The notes under the pieces are model-generated. The model had not been told where the DNA came from. It worked only from the letters and a program-made list of their open reading frames with translations, and did no database searches. A program made the position numbers and the translations under genes. 64,000 nt of DNA from Escherichia coli. Its GTDB lineage: Bacteria > Pseudomonadota > Gammaproteobacteria > Enterobacterales > Enterobacteriaceae. Of this stretch, positions 34,187-47,155 are shown in pieces; within the stretch, counting starts at the first letter, position 1, and the number at the start of each line of letters is the position of its first letter. The stretch is taken from NCBI RefSeq assembly GCF_003334385.1, contig NZ_QOWN01000004.1; one strand, 5' to 3'.

Positions 34187-35725
34187 TTATTCTGAAGCAA
34201 GAAATTTGTCGAGATAAGGTACAACATAAGGAACAGAAGTCTGGAATATACCATTTTCAATCCAGTAAAGGGTGTTTGCCCCTGGGCGTAAATTAAAGGC
34301 GGTGAGATATGCATCAGCTGCTTCCCGGCTCATCCCCTTCATTTCATAAACCTTGCCAAGCAACACATAATTTAGCCAGGACATTTCAAGATCAATGCCA
34401 GTATTTATCGCCTGGTAAGACTCATCTGTTTTACCTTTTACCAGAGCACTGACCGCTTTTATTTGATATATAATGGACAGGTTGTTCAATTCCGGCAGTG
34501 TAACAATGTTATCTATTTCTGTGTTCAGTGCTGCTAATTGTTTTTCATCTAAAGGATGTTGAGAATGGCGCACGATATCAACTAATGCTTTTTCTGCTCT
34601 CGCGTAGGTAAATTCTGGGGATGATTGAACAATCTCACCTAATAATTCACTGGCACGGTTCAATGATTTATCATCGCCATGCAGTAAATAATCATGTGCC
34701 TGATAAAAATTAGTTAATAACGCACCACGATGCGGCAAAATTTTCTGGAGCGTCTCCTGCATTCGTTGTGGCCACGGTTGGTTTAACGCTTTTGATAAAC
34801 TCTCCAGTAAATCATTTTGAATCGCCAGCTGATTACCGTTAGTGATGACATAACGTTTATCCAGCATGGTTGAACCATCTGCATTGTCTACCAATTTTAT
34901 CGACATAAAGCATTGTTGAGCACGGTATTGGCGCTGATTAACAAACGCAATAGATAATGTTTTACCGGAACTGCTCGGTTCATCAATGTTGTAGTTGATT
35001 TTGTCATGCACCATAAAGGTGGAGAAGGTGTTAAGTGATGTCGCCACCAAATCACCCACGCCTATCGCGTAAGAGAGCTGATACGGGGAACTCCAGCTGT
35101 TACAACTTTTATTTACCATATTAATGTCAATATCGCGTGGATTGAGCAAAATACGCGATTTGCTCATAGGAAGACGTGTATCAAGACTTGAAAACGCTAC
35201 CAGTGCTACACAGATACCTAACGACAACAGGAAAAAAAACCATACCCAAAAGGTAGTGAATCGTTTGCTTTTAACTGGGGATTGTTCAGGTGGCGTTGCG
35301 GTGTTTTGAATGTTAAGACTGTGGGAGGGAGAATCTGTGGCAGGAACCGCCTCTGGTATAGGGGGAGGCGAAGATAGCATTATTTCCTCTCCCTCTTCTT
35401 CGCTGTACCAGATAACCGGCACCATTAATTTATAGCCGCGCTTTGGTACAGTAGCGATATAGACAGGACTATCTTCATCATTATCTTTTAATGACTTACG
35501 TAGTTCTGAGATACTCTGCGTCACAACGTGATTGGTGACAATACTTCTCTTCCAGACATTATCGATAAGTTCATCCCTGCTAAGTACTTCGCCACTGTGT
35601 TGAGCAAAGAAAACCAGAAGATCGATTAATCTCGGCTCAAGGGTAAGTTGACGCCCATTGCGGCTAATTTGGTTTATGGACGGAGTAACAAGCCATTCGC
35701 CAACGCGAACTACAGGTTGTTGCAT
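34187..35725 (-). CDS. cadC: ToxR-like membrane-bound activator CadC, 512 aa
   Basis: N-terminal winged helix, single TM, periplasmic sensor domain. Confidence 0.93.
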   Translation of the reverse strand: MQQPVVRVGEWLVTPSINQISRNGRQLTLEPRLIDLLVFFAQHSGEVLSRDELIDNVWKRSIVTNHVVTQSISELRKSLKDNDEDSPVYIATVPKRGYKLMVPVIWYSEEEGEEIMLSSPPPIPEAVPATDSPSHSLNIQNTATPPEQSPVKSKRFTTFWVWFFFLLSLGICVALVAFSSLDTRLPMSKSRILLNPRDIDINMVNKSCNSWSSPYQLSYAIGVGDLVATSLNTFSTFMVHDKINYNIDEPSSSGKTLSIAFVNQRQYRAQQCFMSIKLVDNADGSTMLDKRYVITNGNQLAIQNDLLESLSKALNQPWPQRMQETLQKILPHRGALLTNFYQAHDYLLHGDDKSLNRASELLGEIVQSSPEFTYARAEKALVDIVRHSQHPLDEKQLAALNTEIDNIVTLPELNNLSIIYQIKAVSALVKGKTDESYQAINTGIDLEMSWLNYVLLGKVYEMKGMSREAADAYLTAFNLRPGANTLYWIENGIFQTSVPYVVPYLDKFLASE

Positions 35726-36299
35726 AATAGAAACTCATTCGAAAAGGGAATGATGCAATGATAATTGCCACAACCTATTTTTACCATCTATAGATGGGTT
35801 TATTTACATATTATTGGTGAATGCAAGACGTTATTTTTACCAGCCATAAACTTCTTGATTACATAGTATTACGAAAGGATTTTACTGAGAACCAGAAGTA
35901 ATATTCCTTACCATCAAAATTCATCATCTTTGCCAAAGAAAAATGTTCAGAAAATAATCCATGGAAAATTGTCCGGAGCACTTACTATTTTAATGGATTG
36001 TTAGTCTTTGCATGAGCAAGCGAACTGATACATTTCTCTTTGTTCTCATTCAGAAAATCTCATCAGTCGCCGTTCAGACCGGTGTTGTGCTTTATGGATG
36101 CGTTACGCTCCTGATGACGTCATTTGACGTTCAACAGCATCACGGGGCCGCACGACATTTCACGTCAGTTAGTGCTATAGCTCAGGAACAAATTTTCCCG
36201 AATTGGGATATGCCCGCAAATTGCTGGTGATGTGGGGAGAATCTGGTTGAGTTCGGTAGAATTGATTTGGAGGCAGAACGCTTAAATCGTGGCGTCCTG

Positions 36300-36332
36300 A
36301 AACGAAAAACGGACCTCCGTGGAGGTCCGTTT
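36300..36332 (-). terminator. Intrinsic terminator of pheU (cggacctcc/ggaggtccg stem plus U-tract)
   Basis: Perfect stem 9 nt past tRNA 3' end, followed on minus strand by TTTTTCGTT. Confidence 0.8.
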
Positions 36333-36341
36333 ATATGAATT

Positions 36342-36417
36342 TGGTGCCCGGACTCGGAATCGAACCAAGGACACGGGGATTTTCAATCCCCTGCTCTACC
36401 GACTGAGCTATCCGGGC
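36342..36417 (-). tRNA. pheU: tRNA-Phe (GAA anticodon), 76 nt including encoded CCA
   Basis: Reverse complement matches the E. coli tRNA-Phe sequence as I recall it (GCCCGGATAGCTCAGTCGGTAGAGCAGGGGATTGAAAATCCCCGTGTCCTTGGTTCGATTCCGAGTCCGGGCACCA). Confidence 0.95.
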
Positions 36418-36523
36418 AACGGGGCGCATTAAACCGTAATCTGCACATCTCGTCAACCTAATTTCAGTAAAAGCGATTCAACTGCTTAAGATTGCGGCAA
36501 ATCGCTTCTTTTCTGTGTTTCTG

Positions 36524-37099
36524 TCAGGTCAATGCACCACCCTGGCGGCAGCGGGCGAAGCGCAGGATATCTTCCGCCAGCCGATGTGCAGTGTCGACAT
36601 CCGCCTGGCTACGATTCACCAGCATTCGGCTTAAACAGCCTTCCAGCACCAGTTCCATCTGCTTTGCTACCATCGCCGGATCGTCAACTTCCAGTGTGGT
36701 TAACAGTTCGTGGGTGAAATCGTAGGCCGCGCTTTTTTGCTGATCGGCCAGTTGATGAATAGGGTGGCCAGGATCGGGATAAAACGTACAGGCAGCGATA
36801 AATAGACAGCCCGGATAGCGGTTGTTTTTAACGCACTCCGATAACGCCTGATAACGTGCCAGCAGCTTTTGTTCGGCGGTTTGCGTTTCGTCCAGCATCA
36901 GCTGACGACGCCAGACATCTATCTGTTGGCTAAGATAACGCAGCGCATCGTAGAGGATTGCCTCTTTGTCTGGCCAGAAGCGGCGTAGCTCGTCCAGTGG
37001 ATAATCCACACGTTCAGCAACCATCTCCAGCGTGGTGTTGGCAATCCCTTGTAATTCTAATAATTTCAGGGCTTCTCCCAGTACATCTTCACGTTGCAC
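36524..37099 (-). CDS. yjdC: TetR-family regulator YjdC, about 191 aa
   Basis: ORF 36524..37123; N-terminal HTH; start uncertain between ATG at 37123 (199 aa) and GTG at 37099 (191 aa). Confidence 0.8.
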
Positions 37100-37135
37100 G
37101 CTATTTTCCTCCGTCTTTCCCACTGCAAGTGTCGT

Positions 37136-38833
37136 TCACGGTTGGCGATCGCGCAAATGTGCGCTGAAGGTTTCAGCATCCATAAAGCCCGTGACGCGTG
37201 CTTGTGGATGCTCCTGGCCTTGTCCGTCAAAAAAGAGAATTGTCGGTAGGCCAAGGACATTAAGATGCTTTAACAGCGCCACATCTTGTGCGTCGTTGGC
37301 CGTGACGTTGGCCTGAAGTAAGACCGTGTCTGCTAACGCTTTTTGCACCTGCGGGTCGCTGAAGGTGTATTTCTCAAACTCTTTACAGGCGACGCACCAG
37401 TCGGCATAAAGATCTAACATCACCGGTTTGCCTTTGGCTTCAACGAGCGCCTGATTTAACTCATCTACCGTTTTGATTTGTGTAAAGTTGAGATGCGTCT
37501 GAGTTTGCGCGGTATGCGTCGCACCAAATGCCCAATCCTGAAGTGGGCGCACGCTAACCAATGCCGCTGCCAGCAGAATAATTTGCACAATACGCATCCA
37601 GCCGCGTTTAGCCTGTAGGCTGGTGATAAAGGCCCAGCCAAAGAATGCGACACCCAGCGCCGACCACAAGCGTAATCCCCATACATCACCAATCACTCGC
37701 TCCAGCAGGAAGACCGGCAGTGCGAGGATCACAAAACCAAACGCGGTTTTGACTTGTTCCATCCACGGGCCGCTTTTCGGCAGCAAGCGGTTACCAAAGA
37801 CGGTAATTAGCATCAGCGGCAGGCCCATGCCCAACGCATAGAGATAAAGCGTGCCGCCGCCCAGCCACATGTTCCCGCTTTGGGCGATATACAGCAGAAT
37901 CGCGCTAAGCGGTGCGGTGGTGCATGGTGAACAGATCAGTCCGGCAATCGCCCCCATAACAAACACACCGCCAGGTGAGCCGCCCTGTTGGCGATTGCTC
38001 ATCAACGTGAGACGTGTTTGCAGCGAAGAGGGGAGTTGCAGGGTAAACAAGCCAAACATTGACATCGCCAGCAAGGTAAAGACGATGGCGAGGCCAATGA
38101 GCACGTATGGGTGCTGTAGCGCCGCCTGGAACTGTAACCCTGCGGCGGCAACCACCAGACCCAGCGCCGTGTAGGTCAGCGCCATCCCCTGCACATAAAT
38201 AAAGGTCAGCAACAATGCTCTGGCAGTGGAGAGCCGCTGTTTACCACCCAGCACGATGCCAGAAATCAGTGGGTACATTGGCAGCACGCATGGCGTAAAG
38301 GCGATACCAATACCGATCAACAACGCCCAGAGCGCGGAAAAGGGCAATTGCGCGGTGGGCTGCTCTTGCTGCGGAACAGACACAGGCTGTGGCGCTGCGT
38401 TGTTGGCGACCACTTCGCTTAACGGAACGGTTTTGGTTTCTGGCGGATAACAGAAACCGGCATCAGCACAGCCCTGGTAGGTGACAGTTAACGTCGCTCC
38501 CGCACTCGCCTGGTTGATGGTGACGGGAAGCGTCAGCCGATCGCGGTAAATCTCGCTTTTGCCGTAAAACTCATCTTCATGCCAGACGCCTTGCGGCAGC
38601 TGCACGTCGGCAATTTTCGCGTGTTCCGGCGTAATGCGGATCTGTTTACGGTAGAGGTAGTAACCGTCTTTGATCTGCCAGGTCAGATTAAGGTCATGTT
38701 GGTTTTGCTGAAAATCAAAAGCAAAGGCTTGATCCGCGGGGACAAATTGTGAACGTCCCGGCGCGTCGAATAATCCGGCAAAAACGGAAGTGCTGCAAAG
38801 TAGCAGGATCAGCGTAAAGATGCGTTGAGCCAT
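37136..38833 (-). CDS. dsbD: Thiol:disulfide interchange protein DsbD, 565 aa
   Basis: ORF 37136..38914 trimmed to internal ATG ([19 protein letters not shown] signal peptide); C-terminal CVAC thioredoxin motif. Confidence 0.92.
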
Positions 38834-39147
38834 GAGAGGTAATCTGTGTCTCCGTGTGTAACAGGTAAAACCAGAAGTTCCGGGGTTTGATATGGATGAT
38901 GAGACTTCAGGCATTCCAGCAGTGCCTGCTGGTGAGATACGGTAGTTTTTAAAATCATCTGCACTTCGTATTCTTGCTCCAGCTTACCTTCCCAGTAATA
39001 GAGAGAGGTAGCGCCGGGGATCAAGGTCGCGCAGGCCGCCAGTTTTTCCGCCAGCACTTTGGCGGCTAAATCCTGGGCTGTCGCTTCATCTGGTGCCGTA
39101 CATAGCACCACGACAGACGCGGTATTCGAACTTTTTTCATCAAGCAT
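38809..39147 (-). CDS. cutA: Divalent-cation tolerance protein CutA, 112 aa
   Basis: ORF 38809..39153 trimmed to [15 protein letters not shown]...; 3' end overlaps dsbD start by 25 nt. Confidence 0.9.
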
Positions 39148-39262
39148 AAACACCTCGCAAGAACAGATGGAACCGCAAGAGAGAGGTCACTATACAACGG
39201 ACGGGGGAAGGATGTTAGTCGGCGGGAAAGAAAGCGGGGCGTGAACGCCCCGCGATTGATCA

Positions 39263-40564
39263 TTACAGCATGAAGCTACCCAGCACGAAGCCGAAGCAAA
39301 CGGCCAGGGCAACACCCAGAGTACCCGGGATGAAGAACGGATGGTTGAAGACGAATTTACCGATACGGGTAGTACCCGTGTCATCCATCTGTACCGCAGC
39401 AACCAGCGTCGGGTAGGTCGGCAGAATGAACAGACCAGACACCGCAGCGAAAGAAGCAACAGCGGTCAGCGGTGAAACGTTCAGTGCCAGAGCCATCGGC
39501 ATCAGTGCTTTTGCGGTTGCAGCCTGAGAGTACAGCAGAGCAGAAGCAAAGAAGAAGATGACGGCCAGCAGCCACGGATGACCCTGAATCACTTCACCAG
39601 CGGTATCTTTGATCCAGTCGATGTTGTTGGAAACGAAAGTATCGCCCAGCCACGCAACACCCAGGATACAAATACAGGCGCTCATACCTGCTTTGAAGGT
39701 GCTGGAGTTGAGGATGTTGTCGGTATCGACTTTACAGATAACGGTGGTCAGAGTTGCAACGCTGAGCATGATGATCAGGATTGCGTTGGTGGTGTTCATC
39801 AGCGGTTTTTCAACCAGACCCATGCTTGGGCTGTTGATGATTGCATAGATAACCACGCCAACTACGCCCAGCAGGAACAGCCAGACGGACGTTTTTGCAC
39901 CGGATTTGATTTCAATCTGCTTTTCACCGCGCAGTTCAACCAGGCCCTCTTCCAGACGCTTGCGATAAATCGGATCGTCAGAGAGTTTGGAGTTGAACAG
40001 CATAGTGACCAGGAAGGACATCACCAGAACCGCCAGCAGGGTGGACGGGATGACCACGGAGAGCAGATGGAGGTAGCTGATGCCATGACCTTCCATCACG
40101 GAAGACATGTAAACCACTGCCGCTGAGATTGGCGATGCGGTGATCGCAATCTGCGCGGATACCACTGCAGTAGACAGCGGACGGCAAGGTTTAACGCCTT
40201 GTTCCTTCGCAACTTCAGCGATAACTGGCAGTGTCGCCAGAGAGATGTTGCCAGTACCAGCAAAGATAGTCAGGAAATAGGTCACGATCGGTGCGAGGAT
40301 CGTGATGTATTTCGGGTTACGGCGCAGCAGCTTTTCTGTCTGATGAACCAGATAGTCCAGACCGCCAGCAACCTGCATGGCAGAAATAGCGGCGATAACC
40401 GCCATGATAATGGAGATGACATCGAACGGGATGTTACCGGGTTTAACGCCAATAGCGGCAAGAACCAGCACCCCCAATCCGCCTGCAAAACCAATACCTA
40501 TTCCCCCCAATCTGGCGCCCAAGAAGATCGCCAGCAAAACTATGATGAGTTCTACAACTAGCAT
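39263..40564 (-). CDS. dcuA: C4-dicarboxylate transporter DcuA, 433 aa
   Basis: Full-length ORF; paralogous to DcuB. Confidence 0.95.
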   Translation of the reverse strand: MLVVELIIVLLAIFLGARLGGIGIGFAGGLGVLVLAAIGVKPGNIPFDVISIIMAVIAAISAMQVAGGLDYLVHQTEKLLRRNPKYITILAPIVTYFLTIFAGTGNISLATLPVIAEVAKEQGVKPCRPLSTAVVSAQIAITASPISAAVVYMSSVMEGHGISYLHLLSVVIPSTLLAVLVMSFLVTMLFNSKLSDDPIYRKRLEEGLVELRGEKQIEIKSGAKTSVWLFLLGVVGVVIYAIINSPSMGLVEKPLMNTTNAILIIMLSVATLTTVICKVDTDNILNSSTFKAGMSACICILGVAWLGDTFVSNNIDWIKDTAGEVIQGHPWLLAVIFFFASALLYSQAATAKALMPMALALNVSPLTAVASFAAVSGLFILPTYPTLVAAVQMDDTGTTRIGKFVFNHPFFIPGTLGVALAVCFGFVLGSFML

Positions 40565-40628
40565 ATTAGCCTTCCTTGTTTTTTAACAAGTTGATATTAG
40601 ATTGTTATTTTTAAGTTACTGCTCACAA

Positions 40629-40662
40629 GAAAAAAGGCACGTCATCTGACGTGCCTTTTTTA
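40629..40662 (-). terminator. Hairpin between aspA and dcuA (ggcacgtca/tgacgtgcc) flanked by A- and T-runs
   Basis: Perfect 9-bp stem 40636..40655 with 7-nt runs both sides; bidirectional in form. Confidence 0.7.
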
Positions 40663-40681
40663 TTTGTACTACCCTGTACGA

Positions 40682-42118
40682 TTACTGTTCGCTTTCATCA
40701 GTATAGCGTTTTGCTTTGTAAGCCGGGTGCATCAGATTCTGTACGGAGAAAATATCGTCAAGTTCCGCTTCAGTCAACAGACCGCGTTCCAGAACGACTT
40801 CACGTACACTCTTACCGGTTTCGGCACAGATTTTACCCACGATGTCACCGTTGTGGTGACCGATGAACGGGTTCAGGTAAGTAACGATACCGATAGAGTT
40901 GTAAACGTAACCTTCGCACACTTCTTTGTTAGCAGTGATGCCGTTAATGCATTTTTCCAGCAGGTTGTAGCAAGCGTTGGTCAGAATGTGAACGGATTCG
41001 AACATGGCCTGGCCAATGACCGGCTCCATAACGTTCAACTGCAGCTGACCTGCTTCTGCTGCCATGGTAACAGTGGTGTCGTTACCGATGACTTTGAAGC
41101 ATACCTGGTTAACCACTTCCGGAACAACCGGGTTTACTTTAGCTGGCATGATGGAAGAGCCCGCCTGCAGTTCCGGCAGGTTGATCTCGTTCAGGCCGGC
41201 ACGTGGGCCTGAAGAGAGCAAGCGCAGGTCGTTACAGATTTTGGACATCTTCACAGCCAGGCGTTTCAGCGCGCCGTGAACCATAACATAAGCGCCGCAG
41301 TCAGAGGTCGCTTCGATCAGGTCTTCAGCCGGTACGCATGGGAAGCCAGTAACTTCAGCCAGTTTTTTCACTGCCAGCGGAGAGTACTCTTTCGGCGTGT
41401 TCAGACCAGTACCGATTGCTGTTGCACCAAGGTTAACTTCCAGCAGCAGTTCAGCGGTACGTTGGATGTTTTTCACTTCTTCTTTCAGCAGGATGCTGAA
41501 AGCGCGGAATTCCTGACCGAGGGTCATCGGTACTGCGTCCTGCAGCTGGGTACGACCCATTTTCAGGATGTCCTGGAATTCGACAGCTTTACGTTCAAAG
41601 CCTTCACGCAGTTGGTTAATCGCATCTACCAGCTTAATCAGGGAAGAGTAAACTGCGATACGGAAACCGGTCGGGTAGGCGTCGTTAGTGGACTGACATT
41701 TGTTAACATGGTCGTTCGGGTTCAGGTACTGATATTCACCTTTTTGGTGACCCATCAGTTCCAGACCGATATTGGCCAGCACTTCGTTGGTGTTCATGTT
41801 TACGGAAGTACCTGCGCCGCCCTGGTAGACGTCTACCGGGAACTGATCCATGCATTTTCCGTTGTTCAGGACTTCATCACATGCGGCAATGATGGCATTC
41901 GCTACACTTTTAGGAATGGTTTGCAGCTCTTTGTTTGCCATAGCTGCGGCTTTTTTAACCATTACCATACCGCGAACAAATTCAGGAATATCACTGATTT
42001 TGTTGTTGCTGATATAGAAGTTTTCAATCGCTCTCAGAGTGTGAACACCATAGTAGGCATCAGCTGGAACTTCCCTGGTACCCAACAGATCTTCTTCGAT
42101 ACGAATGTTGTTTGACAT
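40682..42118 (-). CDS. aspA: Aspartate ammonia-lyase AspA, 478 aa
   Basis: ORF 40682..42163 trimmed to internal ATG ([18 protein letters not shown]...); fumarase/aspartase signature [10 protein letters not shown]. Confidence 0.93.
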
Positions 42119-42454
42119 GTGAACCTTCTTTTTCAAGCTGCCAATGATTTGCTTTAAACACACAGAATATATGTGGTTTCGAATGTTTTTCGACCGACGA
42201 TTATCCCCTGCATCGACCGAATACCCGAGATCATATGCTGCTTGAGGATTTCTACCGTAATCTGGATCACTTTAAGTGTCGGTTTTTACCCCTTAATTAT
42301 TAATTTGTGAAATAGATCACCGCTTTGGGATTACTACCAAAAATAGTTGCGCAAACATCTTGAAATTTTGCTAATGACCACAATATAAGCTAAACGCGAT
42401 TCGCAACCCATTCAGGTAGCCGGGGTTAACCGGCTGCTATTACAGGAGAAACCT

Positions 42455-42931
42455 TTGCGCTGGTTACCTTTTATTGCCATTTTCCTTTATGTCTATATTG
42501 AGATTTCAATCTTTATTCAGGTTGCCCATGTATTGGGGGTATTGCTGACCCTCGTGCTGGTTATATTCACGTCAGTTATCGGTATGTCACTGGTACGTAA
42601 CCAGGGCTTTAAGAATTTCGTGCTGATGCAGCAAAAAATGGCGGCGGGTGAAAACCCAGCGGCGGAGATGATTAAAAGTGTTTCGCTGATCATTGCTGGT
42701 TTGCTGCTTTTATTACCGGGCTTTTTTACCGACTTCCTCGGTCTTCTACTTTTATTGCCGCCGGTGCAAAAGCATCTGACAGTGAAGTTGATGCCGCATT
42801 TGCGCTTTTCTCGCATGCCTGGCGGCGGTTTTAGCGCCGGGACCGGTGGCGGTAATACTTTTGATGGTGAGTACCAGCGAAAGGATGATGAGCGCGACCG
42901 CCTTGATCATAAAGACGATCGCCAGGATTAA
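42455..42931 (+). CDS. fxsA: FxsA inner-membrane protein (F-plasmid exclusion of T7), 158 aa
   Basis: Full-length ORF with N-terminal TM helices. Confidence 0.9.
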   Translation: MRWLPFIAIFLYVYIEISIFIQVAHVLGVLLTLVLVIFTSVIGMSLVRNQGFKNFVLMQQKMAAGENPAAEMIKSVSLIIAGLLLLLPGFFTDFLGLLLLLPPVQKHLTVKLMPHLRFSRMPGGGFSAGTGGGNTFDGEYQRKDDERDRLDHKDDRQD

Positions 42932-42946
42932 TGTCGAAACGCCGGA

Positions 42947-44203
42947 TTATGTGGTTATGCCATTTTCCGGCGTTTTTCGTTTTGGCAGCAACAGCCATAA
43001 CCCCGCCAGCATGATCAGCGCATAGAGACTTTTCCAGCCGACCATTGCCAGTAACAGAACGCATAACAGCCCGCCAACCACCGCCAGTAGTCGATAACGT
43101 CCTTGCAATAATTTACAGCCTGCCAGCATGCATAACAGATAAATCATAATAAAGATGCCATTGGCATAAATAATAAGAGCGTCCAGATTGATCTCTAAAG
43201 CATGAATCACCAAAGTGCTCACCACACAGCAGCCGAGCACCGCATTGAGGGCATTATTCGGGATATGGCGAGAAGAGAGGCGTGCCAGGTAGTGGTCAGG
43301 ATTATGTTGCGCCTGCGACCAGACCAGGCGGGCGAAGCTCTGTATATAAATGTTGAGACTGGCAAAGCAGGCCAGATAGCCAATCACGCAGGCAATCCAT
43401 AACGCTCCTACACCGAACAACTGCACTACAATTTTTGGAAGCGATGCTGCCGCCGCCATTTTTTCACCATAGGCGTCGAAGTGTAAGACGACTACCGTAC
43501 AGCCCCAGTAGACTAATCCTGCCAGCAGCAGACCAATCATCAAAGCACGAGGAAAATCACGCTCTGGATTTTTAAATTCCGAGGCGAGATGGGCAAATGC
43601 CTCCAGACCGACAAAACACCAGAACATCACTGATAACGCAGCAAATAACCCGGTAAGTTCGATATTACCAGGTGCCGGAAAGGGGATATTCGCAGGTTTG
43701 ATATCGCCCGCCCACCAGATAGCGACAATCAGCGCGACGATAAGTCCGGCAATAACGGTTTGTAGATTAGCACTGGAACTGGCACCGCGAGTACCGATAT
43801 ACCACACCAGCGCCAGCGTACCGAGTTCTGCCAACAACAGTTGCCAGCTATGCCAGCCAAACATCGCCTGGCCGAACCCGGCGGCAATTTGTAGTGCGGC
43901 AGGCAAACCCACGGGAATGACCGATAAAAACAGCCAGCCGGTGACTCGCTCAAGCCGCGAACCAAACGCCATACCGACGAAGTGCGCGACGCCGCCTGCG
44001 CTGGGATAGTGGCGACCCAGAATCGCAAACACAATCGCAATCGGGAACACTAAGATAATCAAAACGGGCCACGCCCACAGGCTGTTATTGCCCGCTACCA
44101 GCGCAGCTAACGCAGGAACGGCAAACACGCCAGTGCCTAATAATGACGTCGATAGCAGGCCAATGCCCTGGGCCAGCCCCAGTTCTTGTTTGAGTCCACT
44201 CAT
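42947..44203 (-). CDS. yjeH: Amino-acid exporter YjeH, 418 aa
   Basis: ORF 42947..44263 trimmed to internal ATG (MSGLKQELGLAQGIGLL...). Confidence 0.88.
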   Translation of the reverse strand: MSGLKQELGLAQGIGLLSTSLLGTGVFAVPALAALVAGNNSLWAWPVLIILVFPIAIVFAILGRHYPSAGGVAHFVGMAFGSRLERVTGWLFLSVIPVGLPAALQIAAGFGQAMFGWHSWQLLLAELGTLALVWYIGTRGASSSANLQTVIAGLIVALIVAIWWAGDIKPANIPFPAPGNIELTGLFAALSVMFWCFVGLEAFAHLASEFKNPERDFPRALMIGLLLAGLVYWGCTVVVLHFDAYGEKMAAAASLPKIVVQLFGVGALWIACVIGYLACFASLNIYIQSFARLVWSQAQHNPDHYLARLSSRHIPNNALNAVLGCCVVSTLVIHALEINLDALIIYANGIFIMIYLLCMLAGCKLLQGRYRLLAVVGGLLCVLLLAMVGWKSLYALIMLAGLWLLLPKRKTPENGITT

Positions 44204-44365
44204 GGGTTGATGTCCGATTGCGCCCAAATTTTGGGCAACTGCGTAGATTTTCGATGGTAGCACAATCAGATTCGCTTATGACGGCGATGAAGAAATTGCG
44301 ATGAAATGTGAGGTGAATCAGGGTTTTCACCCGATTTTGTGCTGATCAGAATTTTTTTTCTTTTT

Positions 44366-44399
44366 CCCCCTTGAAGGGGCGAAGCCTCATCCCCATTTC
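44366..44399 (+). promoter_or_regulatory. Sigma-32 heat-shock promoter of groESL (-35 CCCCCTTGAA, -10 CCCCATTTC)
   Basis: Close match to the sigma-32 consensus, about 80 nt upstream of groES. Confidence 0.85.
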
Positions 44400-44427
44400 T
44401 CTGGTCACCAGCCGGGAAACCACGTAA

Positions 44428-44772
<345 letters not shown>

Positions 44773-44803
44773 TCCGCGCACGACACTGAACATACGAATT
44801 TAA

Positions 44804-46462
<1,659 letters not shown>

Positions 46463-46489
46463 TTGCCCTGCACCTCGCAGAAATAAACA

Positions 46490-46522
46490 AACCCCCGGGC
46501 AGAAATGTCTGGGGGTTTTTCT
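46490..46522 (+). terminator. Intrinsic terminator of groESL (cccccgggc...ctggggg plus T-run)
   Basis: GC-rich hairpin followed by TTTTTCTTTT. Confidence 0.8.
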
Positions 46523-46599
46523 TTTGGTCATCTTTCTAGTATAAGATTCAGACACGGACGACGCGAGTGGCGTCCAGCTCATTGATTATGGGGAATAAC

Positions 46600-46953
46600 A
46601 TGCACGTAAAATACTTAGCAGGGATTGTCGGTGCCGCGCTACTGATGGCGGGTTGTAGCTCCAGCAACGAATTGAGTGCTGCCGGTCAGAGTGTACGCAT
46701 TGTGGACGAGCAGCCAGGCGCAGAGTGCCAGCTGATTGGTACTGCGACAGGTAAGCAAAGCAACTGGCTTTCCGGGCAACACGGAGAAGAAGGCGGTTCT
46801 ATGCGCGGCGCAGCAAACGATCTGCGCAACCAGGCGGCTGCAATGGGCGGTAACGTGATTTATGGCATCAGTAGCCCGTCGCAGGGAATGTTGTCCAGTT
46901 TTGTCCCGACGGATAGCCAGATTATCGGTCAGGTTTATAAGTGCCCGAACTGA
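46600..46953 (+). CDS. yjeI: Lipoprotein YjeI, 117 aa
   Basis: ORF 46567..46953 trimmed to MHVKYLAGIVGAALLMAGCSS (lipobox). Confidence 0.85.
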   Translation: MHVKYLAGIVGAALLMAGCSSSNELSAAGQSVRIVDEQPGAECQLIGTATGKQSNWLSGQHGEEGGSMRGAANDLRNQAAAMGGNVIYGISSPSQGMLSSFVPTDSQIIGQVYKCPN

Positions 46954-46987
46954 TGTGATCCAGAGGCTGGGTGACAAACGTATAATT

Positions 46988-47087
<100 letters not shown>

Positions 47088-47155
47088 TGACCAACGATCA
47101 CGTTATCAGTCATTTCAGGCTGGATGGCTCCAGCCTCGCATTAGCAAAGATGAGA

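Noticed and set aside
36012-36230. 72-aa ORF between cadC and pheU
   Set aside because: No Shine-Dalgarno, no recognisable domain, lies in the cadC promoter/pheU terminator region; possibly a pseudogene remnant but not supportable from sequence alone
39578-40126. 182-aa ORF on the plus strand
   Set aside because: Antisense to dcuA; artefact
41276-42115. 279-aa ORF on the plus strand
   Set aside because: Antisense to aspA; no independent signals
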